Assembly: GCA_023418055.1 (NCBI GenBank)
Contig: JAEZDP010000064.1
Location: forward strand, 687 to 64,686
Length of the DNA: 64,000 bases
Origin: Acidobacteriota bacterium
GTDB lineage: Bacteria; Acidobacteriota; Vicinamibacteria; Vicinamibacterales; Vicinamibacteraceae
Direction: 5' to 3'
Each line of letters starts with the position of its first letter. Positions within the stretch are counted from its first letter, which is position 1. Below are positions 26,421-35,939 of the stretch, in pieces. The notes beneath the pieces were generated by a model. It saw only the letters and a list, made by a program, of their open reading frames with translations. It was not told where the DNA came from and searched no databases. The translations under genes and the position numbers were made by a program.

Positions 26421-27889
26421 GCGAGGAGTCCAGGCACCACGTGCCCGTGGACGTCGGTCAGGCGGTACCGGCGCCCCTGGTGCCTGAACGTCAGGCGCTC
26501 GTGGTCGACGCCGAGCAGGTGGAGCAGGGTGGCCTGGAAGTCGTGCACGTGGACGGGGTCACGCACGACGTTGTAGCCGAACTCGTCGGTCTCGCCATAC
26601 ACCGAGCCAGCCTTGACGCCGCCGCCGGCCATCCACACCGTGAAGCTGCGGGGATGGTGGTCACGCCCGTAGTTGTCCTTGGTGAGCTTGCCCTGCGAGT
26701 AGTTCGTGCGGCCGAACTCACCACCCCAGATGACCAGCGTGTCATCGAGCAGCCCGCGCTGCTTCAGATCCTGCACGAGCGCCGCGGACGCCTGGTCCAC
26801 CGACTTCGTCATGATCTGGATGTCCTTGGGCAGGTTGCCGTGCTGGTCCCAGCCCTGGTGATAGAGCTGAATGAAGCGGACGTCGCGTTCGGCGAGACGA
26901 CGCGCGAGCAGGCAGTTGGCCGCGTAGGTGCCGGGAATCCTGGCGTCCGGGCCATACATCTCGAACACGCTATCGGGCTCGTCGGCCACCGTCATCGACT
27001 CGGGCACCGAGGCCTGCATGCGGTAGGCCATCTCGTACTGCGCGATGCGGGCGTTGATTTCGGGATCGAGCACGCGGGCGTGCTGTTCCTCCTCGAGCGC
27101 GCGGAACGTGTCGAGCATGCGTCGGCGGCTCTCGCGGTCGAGCCCCGCCGGGTCGTTCAGGTACAGTACCGGGTCCTTGCCGCTGCGCACCTGCACGCCC
27201 TGATGTTGCGAGGGCAGGAAGCCGCTGCCCCAGAGGCGCGAGTAGAGCGGCTGATCGCCCGATCGCGCCCGCGACAACAGGACGATGAAGGCGGGCAGGT
27301 TCTGGTTCTCCGACCCGAGCCCGTAGGACAGCCACGAGCCCATGGCCGGCCGGCCGGCCAGCTGCGACCCCGTCTGCACGAAGGTCACGGCCGGGTCGTG
27401 GTTGATGGCCTCGGTGTAGAGCGAGCGGACGATACAGAGGTCGTCGACGATGCGCGAGGTGTGCGGCAGCAGGTCGCTCATCCAGGCGCCGCTCTGCCCG
27501 TACTGTGCGAACTCGAACTGCGAGCCGGCCAGCGGAAACGACTTCTGGTGGGCGGTCATGCCCGTGAGGCGCTGGCCCATGCGGATGGAGGCCGGCAGTT
27601 CCTCGCCGTTGAGCTGCCGCAGCTTCGGCTTGTGTTCGAACAGCTCGAGCTGCGACGGGCCGCCGCTCTGGAACAGGTAGATCACCCGCTTCGCGCGCGG
27701 CACCACGTGCCGCATGCCCGGCACGTGGGCGCTGCCGGCCGTGGCAGGCGCCGGCGACGCGCCCGCCTGGCCGAACAGCTGCATCGGATCGAGCAGCGAC
27801 CCCAGCGCCGCGCTGCCGAGCCCGAGGCTCGCGGCCGACAGGAAGTGCCGGCGGGTCGCGTTGAACTTGAGGTCGCGTAGTTCCTTCAT
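26417..27889 (-). CDS. DUF1501 domain protein (sulfatase/alkaline-phosphatase-like fold), twin-arginine signal
   Basis: 490 aa. RRHFLSAASLGLGSAALG is a TAT motif. The C-terminal GRDHHPRSFTVWMAGGGVKAG is typical of DUF1501. The start overlaps the upstream stop (ATGA). Confidence 0.9.
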   Translation of the reverse strand: MKELRDLKFNATRRHFLSAASLGLGSAALGSLLDPMQLFGQAGASPAPATAGSAHVPGMRHVVPRAKRVIYLFQSGGPSQLELFEHKPKLRQLNGEELPASIRMGQRLTGMTAHQKSFPLAGSQFEFAQYGQSGAWMSDLLPHTSRIVDDLCIVRSLYTEAINHDPAVTFVQTGSQLAGRPAMGSWLSYGLGSENQNLPAFIVLLSRARSGDQPLYSRLWGSGFLPSQHQGVQVRSGKDPVLYLNDPAGLDRESRRRMLDTFRALEEEQHARVLDPEINARIAQYEMAYRMQASVPESMTVADEPDSVFEMYGPDARIPGTYAANCLLARRLAERDVRFIQLYHQGWDQHGNLPKDIQIMTKSVDQASAALVQDLKQRGLLDDTLVIWGGEFGRTNYSQGKLTKDNYGRDHHPRSFTVWMAGGGVKAGSVYGETDEFGYNVVRDPVHVHDFQATLLHLLGVDHERLTFRHQGRRYRLTDVHGHVVPGLLA

Positions 27890-30800
27890 CGTGTGTGCAC
27901 CGCTTCGTCGAGATTCATGATCGTGCTGGTCACCACCGTCCAGGCCGCGACATCGACAGGGTCGAGCGACGGATCGCGCGGACGGTCACCGGTGGTCAGC
28001 AGGGCGGCTGCCGCATCGGGGTCGTCTTCGAATCGTGTACGTTCGGTGTCGTGCAGGCGCATCAGGTGCGAGACCTCCGATGGGGTGGGCGCACGGCTGA
28101 TCACGCGGCGGAAGGCATAGGCCGCGCGAGCCGGGTCGTCGGCCTCGTGGCGCACGACGTCTTCGGCGAGCACGCGGGCGCTCTCCACGTACTGCGGGTC
28201 GTTGAGCAGCACGAGGGCCTGCAGCGGCGTGTTGGTGCGCTGTCGTGTCACCGTGCACACCAGACGCTCCGAGGCGTCGAAGCTGATGGCCGACGGCGGC
28301 GGCGCGGCACGTTTCCACGCCGTGTAGAGGCTGCGGCGATAGAGGCCGTCGCCCGTGGACTGCGGGTAGCGGTTGCTGGAGGCCAACGCTTCCCAGATCC
28401 CGGGCGGCTGGTAGGGATAGACGCTCGGACCGCCGATCGCCCGGTGCAGCAACCCGCTGCTGGCCAGCGAGGCGTCGCGTATCTGCTCGATGGGCATCCG
28501 GAAGGACGGTCCCCGCGACAGCCACCGGTTGTCGGGATCCGCCTCGCGGTGCGCGGCATCGACGGCGCTGGCCTGCCGGTACGTCGCCGAGGTGACGATG
28601 AGCCGGTGCAGCGCCTTGCCGTCCCACCCCGACGACACGAAGGTCGTGGCGAGCCAGTCGAGCAGCGCCGGATGGGTGGGCAACTCGCCCTGGCTGCCGA
28701 AGTCGTCCGCGCTGGGCACCAGGCCCCGGCCGAAGGCCGCCGCCCAGTAGCGGTTGACGAAGACGCGCGCCGTGAGCGGCTGCTCGGGGGCGAGGAGCCA
28801 GCGGGCCAACCCCAGGCGATTCTTCGGCAGCGACTCGTCGAAGGGCAGGATCGCCGCGGGCGTGCCCGGGCGCACTGGTTCGGTGGGCGCGTCGTAGGCG
28901 CCTCGCGCGAGGACGAAGGTGGGACGCGGTTCCGGCAGTTCGCGCATCGCCATCACGCTCGGCTGCGCCGTCCAGATCGTGTTCTCCTCGCCCCGCACCT
29001 CGGTCAGGCGCGCCAGGCGTGACGCGAACGTCGCGTCCGCTCGTCGCACGTACAGCTCCCGCAATGCGGTCCGCTGGGCCGGCGTCCGGGAGGTCGCCGG
29101 GACGGCGAGGATGCGATCGAGGGCGTCGGGCCTGCCGCCGAGCGCCTCCACCTCGATCGCGGGAAGCGTTCGCGCATACACGCGGAAGTCGTCGACGGAG
29201 ACGTCGCGGAGCGTCTCCTTGCTCAGCTCGCCGACGCCGCCAATCCGCAGGCTCAACGGCCGACCCGACATCTGGTTGCCCTCGATGCCGCTGGTGATGA
29301 TGCTGCGCTGCAGGTTGTCCACCACTGTGAGCGTGTCGGCCGCCTGGCCGTCGAGATACAGGCGCAGCCCCGCCGCGCGGCTCGAGCCGTCGTAGGTGAG
29401 CGTCAGGTGACGCCAGACGCCCGGTGCCACGGGCGTCCGGGTCCGGATGGCGATCGAGTCGTCGGGCGCCACGTGGTGGAGCGCTGCCGAAAGCGTGCCG
29501 TCGGGCTCGAGGCGCACCAGGTAGCCGCGGAACCCGTTGGCAAAGCCACCCGACCGCGAGAACAGCGGCCCGGACGTGCCCGCCTCGTCGACGCGGAACC
29601 AGAGGCCCACGGAGAACGACTGGTGTCTGTCGAAGAACCCCACGCCGTCGGGGGCGTGGATCTCGCTATCGCCCTGGAGGCGCATGGCGCCTGCGATCCG
29701 GCCTTCCACGGCGACAGGCTGTCGGTCGAGGTCGCCGCCCAGCATGCCGACGGTCTTCGGGGCGGCCAGGTTGCTGAACGTGTACTGGCGCGGCGGCGGG
29801 CCTGTCCGCGGGCCGGCTCCGCGGGGCGCCGCACGCGACTGCATGTCGTCGAGCGGCAGGTGCAGCACGAGCCCGTCCGCGGACGGCAGCGACGTACGCG
29901 CAGCGCGGCCGGCCAGCCAGGCGTCGAAGCCCGCGTCGTACTCGGGCGATTCAATCGACGTCTCCGCTTCCAGGGCGCGTCGCTCCGTGGACAGGTCGGC
30001 CAGCCGGGCCTCGGCCTCGGTCGACGGCAGAATCACGGTGGGGCTCGGCATGCCCGAGTAAGGCGCCTGTCCTGCTTCGTTGATGCTGTTGAAGAAGGCG
30101 AAGAGCTCGAAGTATTCCTTCTGCAGCACCGGGTCGTACTTGTGGTCGTGACACCGCGCGCAGTCCAGGCTCATGCCCAGAAAGGCCTGCCCGAAGGTCT
30201 GGACCCGGTCCGCCACGTACTCCACCCGGTACTCCTCGGGGACAATCCCGCCCTCCTGACTCTGCATGTGGTGCCGGTTGAACCCCGTGGCCAGCCGTTG
30301 CTCACGCGTGGCGTTGGGCAGCAGATCGCCGGCAAGCTGCCAGGTGATGAACTCGTCCACCGGCATGTTCCGGTTGTAGGCGGCAATCACCCAGTCGCGC
30401 CACGGCGACATGTCGCGCATCACATCGTCCTGATACCCGTGCGAGTCGGCATAGCGGGCGATGTCGAGCCAGTCGGCGGCCATCCGCTCGCCGTAGGCCG
30501 GGGAGGCCAGCAGCCGGTCGACCACGCGTTCGTAGGCATCCGGTGACGTGTCGGCCAGAAACGCGTCAACCTCCTCGACGGTCGGCGGCAGTCCGGTGAG
30601 CGCCAGCGAGACACGGCGGATGAGCGTCTCTTTCGGGGCCTCGGCGGCGGGCTCGAGCGTGCGGTCCGCCAGCGTCGCCTGCACGAAGTGGTCGATCGGA
30701 TTGCGCGCCACGGCGTGCGCGGGCAGCGGCGGCACGTCGGGCATTGCCGGAGGGGTGAAGGCCCAGTGCGGCTTCCACTCGGCCCCCTGGTCGATCCACC

Positions 30801-31173
30801 GGATGAGCAGCGCCTTCTCGTAGTCGGACAGGGTCAGGTGCGAGTCGGGCGCGGGCATCATCACGGCGGGGTCGTCGCTGAGGATGCGGCGGACGAGGTC
30901 GCTGCGGCCCGGGCTCCCGGGGACGATAGCGGTGGCCCCGGAGGCGAGGCGCGCAAACGCACTCTCGGCCTCGTCGAGCCGCAGGTCGGTCTTGCGGCTG
31001 CCGCCGTCAGGGCCGTGGCACTTGAAACAGCGGTCCGAGAGGATGGGCTTGACGTGCAGGGCGAAGTCCACCTGCTCGGGCAGGCTGTCCACCTGGGGCC
31101 CGGGCACGTCGCATCCCCACGCCAGACCGAGGACGAGCGACAGCGCCGCCCCTCGGGCCCCCGCCCACCTCAT
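27886..31173 (-). CDS. PSCyt1/PSCyt2(DUF1549)/LamG/PSD1(DUF1553) multidomain protein, paralog 1
   Basis: ATG 31173 overlaps the upstream paralog's stop (ATGA). The signal peptide ends ...LGLAWGC. Motifs: HVKPILSDRCFKCHGPD (CxxCH), CARCHDHKYDP, a LamG-like insert (FSVGLWFRVD...LTLTYDGSSRAAGLRLYLDG) and a PSD1-like C-terminus (LLNDPQYVE). Confidence 0.9.
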   Translation of the reverse strand: MRWAGARGAALSLVLGLAWGCDVPGPQVDSLPEQVDFALHVKPILSDRCFKCHGPDGGSRKTDLRLDEAESAFARLASGATAIVPGSPGRSDLVRRILSDDPAVMMPAPDSHLTLSDYEKALLIRWIDQGAEWKPHWAFTPPAMPDVPPLPAHAVARNPIDHFVQATLADRTLEPAAEAPKETLIRRVSLALTGLPPTVEEVDAFLADTSPDAYERVVDRLLASPAYGERMAADWLDIARYADSHGYQDDVMRDMSPWRDWVIAAYNRNMPVDEFITWQLAGDLLPNATREQRLATGFNRHHMQSQEGGIVPEEYRVEYVADRVQTFGQAFLGMSLDCARCHDHKYDPVLQKEYFELFAFFNSINEAGQAPYSGMPSPTVILPSTEAEARLADLSTERRALEAETSIESPEYDAGFDAWLAGRAARTSLPSADGLVLHLPLDDMQSRAAPRGAGPRTGPPPRQYTFSNLAAPKTVGMLGGDLDRQPVAVEGRIAGAMRLQGDSEIHAPDGVGFFDRHQSFSVGLWFRVDEAGTSGPLFSRSGGFANGFRGYLVRLEPDGTLSAALHHVAPDDSIAIRTRTPVAPGVWRHLTLTYDGSSRAAGLRLYLDGQAADTLTVVDNLQRSIITSGIEGNQMSGRPLSLRIGGVGELSKETLRDVSVDDFRVYARTLPAIEVEALGGRPDALDRILAVPATSRTPAQRTALRELYVRRADATFASRLARLTEVRGEENTIWTAQPSVMAMRELPEPRPTFVLARGAYDAPTEPVRPGTPAAILPFDESLPKNRLGLARWLLAPEQPLTARVFVNRYWAAAFGRGLVPSADDFGSQGELPTHPALLDWLATTFVSSGWDGKALHRLIVTSATYRQASAVDAAHREADPDNRWLSRGPSFRMPIEQIRDASLASSGLLHRAIGGPSVYPYQPPGIWEALASSNRYPQSTGDGLYRRSLYTAWKRAAPPPSAISFDASERLVCTVTRQRTNTPLQALVLLNDPQYVESARVLAEDVVRHEADDPARAAYAFRRVISRAPTPSEVSHLMRLHDTERTRFEDDPDAAAALLTTGDRPRDPSLDPVDVAAWTVVTSTIMNLDEAVHTR

Positions 31174-34100
31174 CGCAGGTACACCGAGGCGTCGAGGTTG
31201 TAAATCGTGTGCGCAACGATCGCCCATGCGGCCATGCTATCAAGTTCGGGCGTGGTCGCGAGGGCGCGTTCGCCCGTGCTGAGCAGGGCTCGGGCGGCCT
31301 GCGGGTCGCCGGCGAAGCGGGCACGCTCTGTCTCGTAAAGACTCACCAGCCGGGCCACCGCCTGCGGGGTCGGCTGCTGACTCGTCACCCGCCGCACGGC
31401 GTAGACGACGCGCGCCTCCGCGCTGTCGCCACCCTCACGCAGGATGTGCTCGGCCAGGGTCCGCGCGCTTTCCACGTACTGCGGGTCGTTCATCAGCACC
31501 AGGGCCTGAAGCGGCGTGCTCGTCCGCTGTCGGTTGACGATGCACGCGAACCGTTCGGAGGCGTCGAAGCTGATGGCCGACGGCGGCGGCGTGGACCGCT
31601 TCCAGACCGTGTACAGGCTGCGGCGATACAGATCGTCGCCGGTGCCCTGGGTGTACGAGGTGGCGTTGCGCGTCGCCAACTCTTCCCAGAGCCCTTCCGG
31701 CTGGTACGGGTAGACGCTGGGGCCGCCGATGGTGGGCACGAGCAGGCCGCTGCTGGCCAGGGCGGCATCACGAATCTGCTCGGCCGACAGTCGGTAGGAC
31801 GGTCCTCGCGCCAGCCACTCGTTCTCCGGGTCGCGGTCGCGCTGCGTGGCCTCGACCGCCGACGACTGGCGATAGGTGGCCGACAGCACGATGCGCTTGT
31901 GGAGGGCCTTCAGGTCCCAGCCCGACTCGATGAACGTCACGGCGAGCCAGTCGAGCAGATCGGGATGACTGGGCAGCCGCCCCTGGCTGCCGAAGTCGTC
32001 GGGCGTCGGCACCAGGCCGCGGCCGAAGAGTGAGGCCCACACGCGGTTGACGAACACGCGTGCCGTCAACGGGTGGGACGGGTCGGTGAGCCACCTGGCC
32101 AGGCCCAGCCGGTTGCCGGACGCTCCCTCGGGCAGCGGCGGGAGGAAGGAGGGCGTCGCCGGGCTCACCGGCGTGGTGGGAGCATCGTAGGCGCCGCGCG
32201 CGAGGATGAACGTGGGGCGCGGCTGGGGCAACTCGCGCATCACCATCACCTCGAGTTGCGAGGTCAGCAACTCGTTCTCCTCCGCGCGGACTGCTGTGAG
32301 TGCCTGGAGCGCGCGACGGTAGGCAGGGGCCTGCCGCTGCACGTAGTGTTGCCGAAGGCGCTTGTGCTGGGTGGGCGACCGGTCGGCCGGCGCCAGGGCC
32401 AGAAGCCCGGCCAGTGGGTCGTCCTCGCCGGCAAGGTGCTGCACCTCGAGATCCGTCAGCGCCGTCTCGAAGAGGCGGAACTCGTCCACCGACACGTCCT
32501 GGAGCGTCACCTCACCGAGCCGCCCGATGCGCAGGCTGCCAATACCACCCCAGGACTGGTTCGTCGGGATGCCGCTGTTGATGATGCTGCGCTGCAGGTT
32601 GTCCACGAGGACGCGTACGGGCATCTCGGCGCCATCGAGCCACAACCTGAGGCCCGCCGCGCGGCTCGACCCGTCGTACACGAACGCGAGATGGTGCCAG
32701 GCCCCGGGGGCGAGTGCCTGCTCGGTGACGACCTCGATCGAGTTGTCGGGGTAGACGTGGTGCAGCCAGGCATTCAGGCGGCCATCGGGCTGCACCATCA
32801 CGGCATAGCCCCGGTAGCCGTCCGCACTGCCGCCCGACCGAGCAAACAGCGGGCCGGCTGTACCGGCCGCGTCGACGCGAACCCACACCGACACCGAAAA
32901 CGGCTGGTGCCGGTCGAAGACGCCCAGCTTGTCCGGAAGCTGCAGGTGGCTGTCGCCGACGAGCCGCAGCGCGCCATCCAGCCGGCCGTCCACCGCGATC
33001 GGAACGCGGTCGGGGTCGCCGCCGAGTGTCGCGGGAGACGCCTGGGCATTCGTATTGGTCAGCAGCAGCTTTCGCGTGGTACGCGCCGGCCGCTTCGGGT
33101 CGGGCCGTTCGGTGACCATCCGCGGCGTGAACGCATCGAGCGGCAGGTGCGCGAGCAGGCCGGGTGGTGGGGCCAGACGTGCATTCCCCGCCAGCCAGGC
33201 CTGATACCCCGCGTCGTACGTGGGCGCATCGACATCCACGTCCGCCTCGAGCGTCGCCCGACGGTCGCGAAGCGTCGTCAGCTGCGTCTCGGCTTCGTGG
33301 CTGGGCAGCAGCAACGTGGGGCTCGGCATGCCCGAGTAGGGAATCTGCCCGGCCTCGTTGTTGCTGTTGAAGAACGCAAACAACTCGAAATATTCCTTCT
33401 GCAGCACCGGGTCGTACTTGTGGTCGTGGCAGCGCGCGCACTCGAGCGAGACGCCGAGGAACGCCTTGCCGAAGGTGTCCACGCGGTCGGCCACGTATTC
33501 CACGCGGTATTCCTCGGGGACGATACCGCCTTCCTGGCTCTGCTGATGATGCCTGTTGAAGGCCGTGGCCAGCCGCTGCTCGCGCGTGGGGGAGGGCAGC
33601 AGGTCGCCGGCGAGTTGCCAGGTGATGAACTCGTCGATCGGCAGGTTCTCGTTGAAGGCCGAGATGACCCAGTCGCGCCACGGCCACATCGGCCGCATGC
33701 CGTCGTCCTGGTAGCCGTGCGAGTCGGCGTACCGCGCCAGATCGAGCCAGTCCACGGCTCGACGCTCGCCGTAGGCCGGGGACGCCAGCAGGCGATCGAC
33801 GACGCGCTCGTACGCGTCGGGCGACGTGTCGGCGAGGAACGCATCGAGTTCCTCGAGCGTGGGGGGCAGGCCCGTGAGCGCCAGCGACACCCGTCGTAAC
33901 AGCGCCTCGCGTGGCGCCTCAGCCGCAGGCTGCATGCCCTGCTCGCGTAGCCGCGCCCGCACGAACCTGTCGATGTCGGTCGTGGCAGGTGCATCCGATC
34001 CGGCCACCGGCACCGCGGGTTTCACCGGGGCGGTGAACGCCCAATGGGGCTTCCACTCGGCACCCTGATCGATCCACTTGATGAGCAGCGCCTTCTCGTA

Positions 34101-34505
34101 GTCGTTCAGCGTCAGGTGCGACGACGGGGCAGGCATCATCACCGCGGGATCGTCGCTGAGGATGCGACGGACCAACTCACTGCGGCGGGGCCATCCCGGC
34201 ACCACCGCGCGGACGCCGGAGGGCAGCGTGGCGAACGGCCCATGCTCCGTGTCGAGCCGCAACCCGGCCTGACGCACGGCATCGTCGGGACCGTGACACT
34301 TGAAGCAGCGGTCCGAGAGAATGGGCTTGACGTGGAAGTTGTAGTCGACGCGGTCGGGGAGCTCAGCGACCTGCGGGCCAGGCCGTCCGCAGCCCCACGA
34401 CAGCAGGACGACACACAGCCACACCCCGACCCACGCCGGCATCCTCGGCAGACACCAGCGCCGCGCGAGCGGCGAGGCCGTGCGGAGGGGTCCCACGGGC
34501 AGCAT
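31170..34505 (-). CDS. PSCyt1/PSCyt2(DUF1549)/LamG/PSD1(DUF1553) multidomain protein, paralog 2
   Basis: Same architecture and long identical peptide runs with paralog 1. The start is ATG 34505 (overlapping the glsB-like stop, TGATG) or ATG 34442 (MPAWVGVWLCVVLLSWGC). The track's 5' extension to 34835 overlaps the glsB-like gene and is rejected. Confidence 0.85.
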   Translation of the reverse strand: MLPVGPLRTASPLARRWCLPRMPAWVGVWLCVVLLSWGCGRPGPQVAELPDRVDYNFHVKPILSDRCFKCHGPDDAVRQAGLRLDTEHGPFATLPSGVRAVVPGWPRRSELVRRILSDDPAVMMPAPSSHLTLNDYEKALLIKWIDQGAEWKPHWAFTAPVKPAVPVAGSDAPATTDIDRFVRARLREQGMQPAAEAPREALLRRVSLALTGLPPTLEELDAFLADTSPDAYERVVDRLLASPAYGERRAVDWLDLARYADSHGYQDDGMRPMWPWRDWVISAFNENLPIDEFITWQLAGDLLPSPTREQRLATAFNRHHQQSQEGGIVPEEYRVEYVADRVDTFGKAFLGVSLECARCHDHKYDPVLQKEYFELFAFFNSNNEAGQIPYSGMPSPTLLLPSHEAETQLTTLRDRRATLEADVDVDAPTYDAGYQAWLAGNARLAPPPGLLAHLPLDAFTPRMVTERPDPKRPARTTRKLLLTNTNAQASPATLGGDPDRVPIAVDGRLDGALRLVGDSHLQLPDKLGVFDRHQPFSVSVWVRVDAAGTAGPLFARSGGSADGYRGYAVMVQPDGRLNAWLHHVYPDNSIEVVTEQALAPGAWHHLAFVYDGSSRAAGLRLWLDGAEMPVRVLVDNLQRSIINSGIPTNQSWGGIGSLRIGRLGEVTLQDVSVDEFRLFETALTDLEVQHLAGEDDPLAGLLALAPADRSPTQHKRLRQHYVQRQAPAYRRALQALTAVRAEENELLTSQLEVMVMRELPQPRPTFILARGAYDAPTTPVSPATPSFLPPLPEGASGNRLGLARWLTDPSHPLTARVFVNRVWASLFGRGLVPTPDDFGSQGRLPSHPDLLDWLAVTFIESGWDLKALHKRIVLSATYRQSSAVEATQRDRDPENEWLARGPSYRLSAEQIRDAALASSGLLVPTIGGPSVYPYQPEGLWEELATRNATSYTQGTGDDLYRRSLYTVWKRSTPPPSAISFDASERFACIVNRQRTSTPLQALVLMNDPQYVESARTLAEHILREGGDSAEARVVYAVRRVTSQQPTPQAVARLVSLYETERARFAGDPQAARALLSTGERALATTPELDSMAAWAIVAHTIYNLDASVYLR

Positions 34506-34765
34506 CAGGCCGTGCGCGATTTCCCGACGGTCATGCGGTAGATGACGAGCAGGAGAATGGCGCCGAGGATGGACATGATCCAGCCGGCCGGTTCGCCCTG
34601 GGCGTACCACCCGAGTGCCTGACCCAGGTAGGTGGCCACCAGCGCGCCCGCCATGCCGAGCAGCATCGTGACGAGGATGCCGCCAGGGTCCTTTCCGGGC
34701 ATGACGAGTTTGGCGATGGCCCCAACGATGAGCCCGACGATGACGGTGGACAGCAACGCGATCAT
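34505..34765 (-). CDS. GlsB/YeaQ/YmgE-family (transglycosylase-associated) small membrane protein
   Basis: 86 aa: MIALLSTVIVGLIVGAIAKLVMPGKDPGGILVTMLLGMAGALVATYLGQALGWY.... GGAAGGAG precedes ATG 34765. It is the C-terminal part of track ORF 34505..35110. Confidence 0.85.
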   Translation of the reverse strand: MIALLSTVIVGLIVGAIAKLVMPGKDPGGILVTMLLGMAGALVATYLGQALGWYAQGEPAGWIMSILGAILLLVIYRMTVGKSRTA

Positions 34766-34874
34766 GAGCGTCTCCTTCCGCGAACGTGACGCACCAGCCT
34801 GAGCAGCGTGAAGCCTCGATCCTAACACCGTCCACGACACAAGGCGGTCTGACGCTCGTGTAGGATGAGGGGCC

Positions 34875-35417
34875 ATGACGACCCTCCTCCGTCCTCTTTC
34901 TACTCCTCTCGTGCTTGCGGTTTCATTGCTCGTCCTGTCGGCCCCGTCGTTGCTGGCACAACCTGCCATCGGCACCGCGCCGGCCATCGCGGCCAAGGTC
35001 AGCCAACTCGACTTCATCGCAGGCCCCTGGACCGGCACGCTCGGCGATCGCACCATCGAGCAGCACTGGAGTGCGCCGCTCGGCAACTCGATGGTGGCCA
35101 TGTACCGCAACGTCCAGGACGGCGAGGTGCGCCTCTACGAGTTGCTCGTGATGGAACAGGAGGGCGAGGGCATCGCGCTGCGCATCAAGCACTTCGCTCC
35201 GGGCGCCGGTCTCGTCGGCCGGCAGGAGAAGGACGTGTCGGTGGATCACCGGCTGGTGGCGCTGAAGCAGCAGTCGGCCGTGTTCGAAGGCACGGGGCCG
35301 AACCCGACGCGCGTGACCTTCACGCGTACGTCGCCCCAGGCGCTGGTCATCCGCGTGGAGCGCATGCGCGACGGCGCCCTCACAGGCACCGACTTCAATT
35401 ACCGTCGCCTGGAGTAG
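34875..35417 (+). CDS. Secreted protein of unknown function (DUF6265-like)
   Basis: 180 aa with a signal peptide (LVLAVSLLVLSAPSLLAQ). The lipocalin-like pattern FIAGPWTG...EQHWS...MYR...RIKHF is recalled from DUF6265. Confidence 0.65.
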   Translation: MTTLLRPLSTPLVLAVSLLVLSAPSLLAQPAIGTAPAIAAKVSQLDFIAGPWTGTLGDRTIEQHWSAPLGNSMVAMYRNVQDGEVRLYELLVMEQEGEGIALRIKHFAPGAGLVGRQEKDVSVDHRLVALKQQSAVFEGTGPNPTRVTFTRTSPQALVIRVERMRDGALTGTDFNYRRLE

Positions 35418-35435
35418 CCACAGGCGCAGGGGGAC

Positions 35436-35457
35436 GGCGTTGCGCTGGCGCAACGCC
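35436..35457 (+). terminator. GC-rich hairpin downstream of the 34875..35417 gene
   Basis: GGCGTTGCGC-TG-GCGCAACGCC, with perfect 10-nt arms, lies 19 nt after the TAG. There is no U-tract, so intrinsic-terminator function is uncertain. Confidence 0.35.
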
Positions 35458-35521
35458 ACAGGCGGCGGCGCGGCGATAGGCTGACGACGGATGTGGGGAA
35501 TGGCTCCCCGCTTCGTCGAGG

Positions 35522-35878
35522 ATGCCCATGACTCCGTCCGCCCCCGCCCTCCCTCCTGCCGAGGCCCTCGCCCTGCTGTCGCTCATCACAAAGACGCCCA
35601 ACGGCATCGCCAGCCGCGTCCTCTCGCGGACCGGCGGCGGCAACCTGACCCTCTTTGCCTTCGATGCCGGCCAGGGGCTCACCGAGCACACCTCGCCGTT
35701 CGATGCCCTGGTGCTGGTGCTCGAGGGCGCCATGACGCTGACGATCGACGGCGCGCCGGTTACGGCCACCCCAGGCACCATCGTGCGGATGCCAGCCGGC
35801 GTGCCGCATGCGCTCGACGCCGCCGAGCCCACCGTGATGCTGCTCGTGATGTTGCGAGACACGAAGGCGCAGGGTTGA
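35522..35878 (+). CDS. Cupin domain protein
   Basis: 118 aa. GLTEHTSPFDALVLVLEGAMTLTIDG...GTIVRMPAGVPHAL matches the two cupin motifs. Confidence 0.8.
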   Translation: MPMTPSAPALPPAEALALLSLITKTPNGIASRVLSRTGGGNLTLFAFDAGQGLTEHTSPFDALVLVLEGAMTLTIDGAPVTATPGTIVRMPAGVPHALDAAEPTVMLLVMLRDTKAQG

Positions 35879-35939
35879 GGGTGCGGCGCTTACAGAACTC
35901 TCACAGTGGGTCTCGCCGCGGCCATGGGACCATGCCGCG

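Noticed and set aside
26066-27880. A 604-aa plus-strand ORF across the DUF1501 gene. Similar ORFs are 27895..29022, 29407..30546 and 32073..33899 across the PSD1 genes, and 46246..48306 and 60661..62445 elsewhere.
   Set aside because: These are shadow ORFs opposite strongly supported minus- or plus-strand genes. No independent evidence supports them.
34506-35110. N-terminal extensions of track ORFs 31170..34835 and 34505..35110.
   Set aside because: The extension of the PSD1 paralog would run through the GlsB-like gene in another frame. The extension of the GlsB-like ORF precedes a strong GGAAGGAG-ATG start and is not membrane-protein-like. Shorter genes were adopted.
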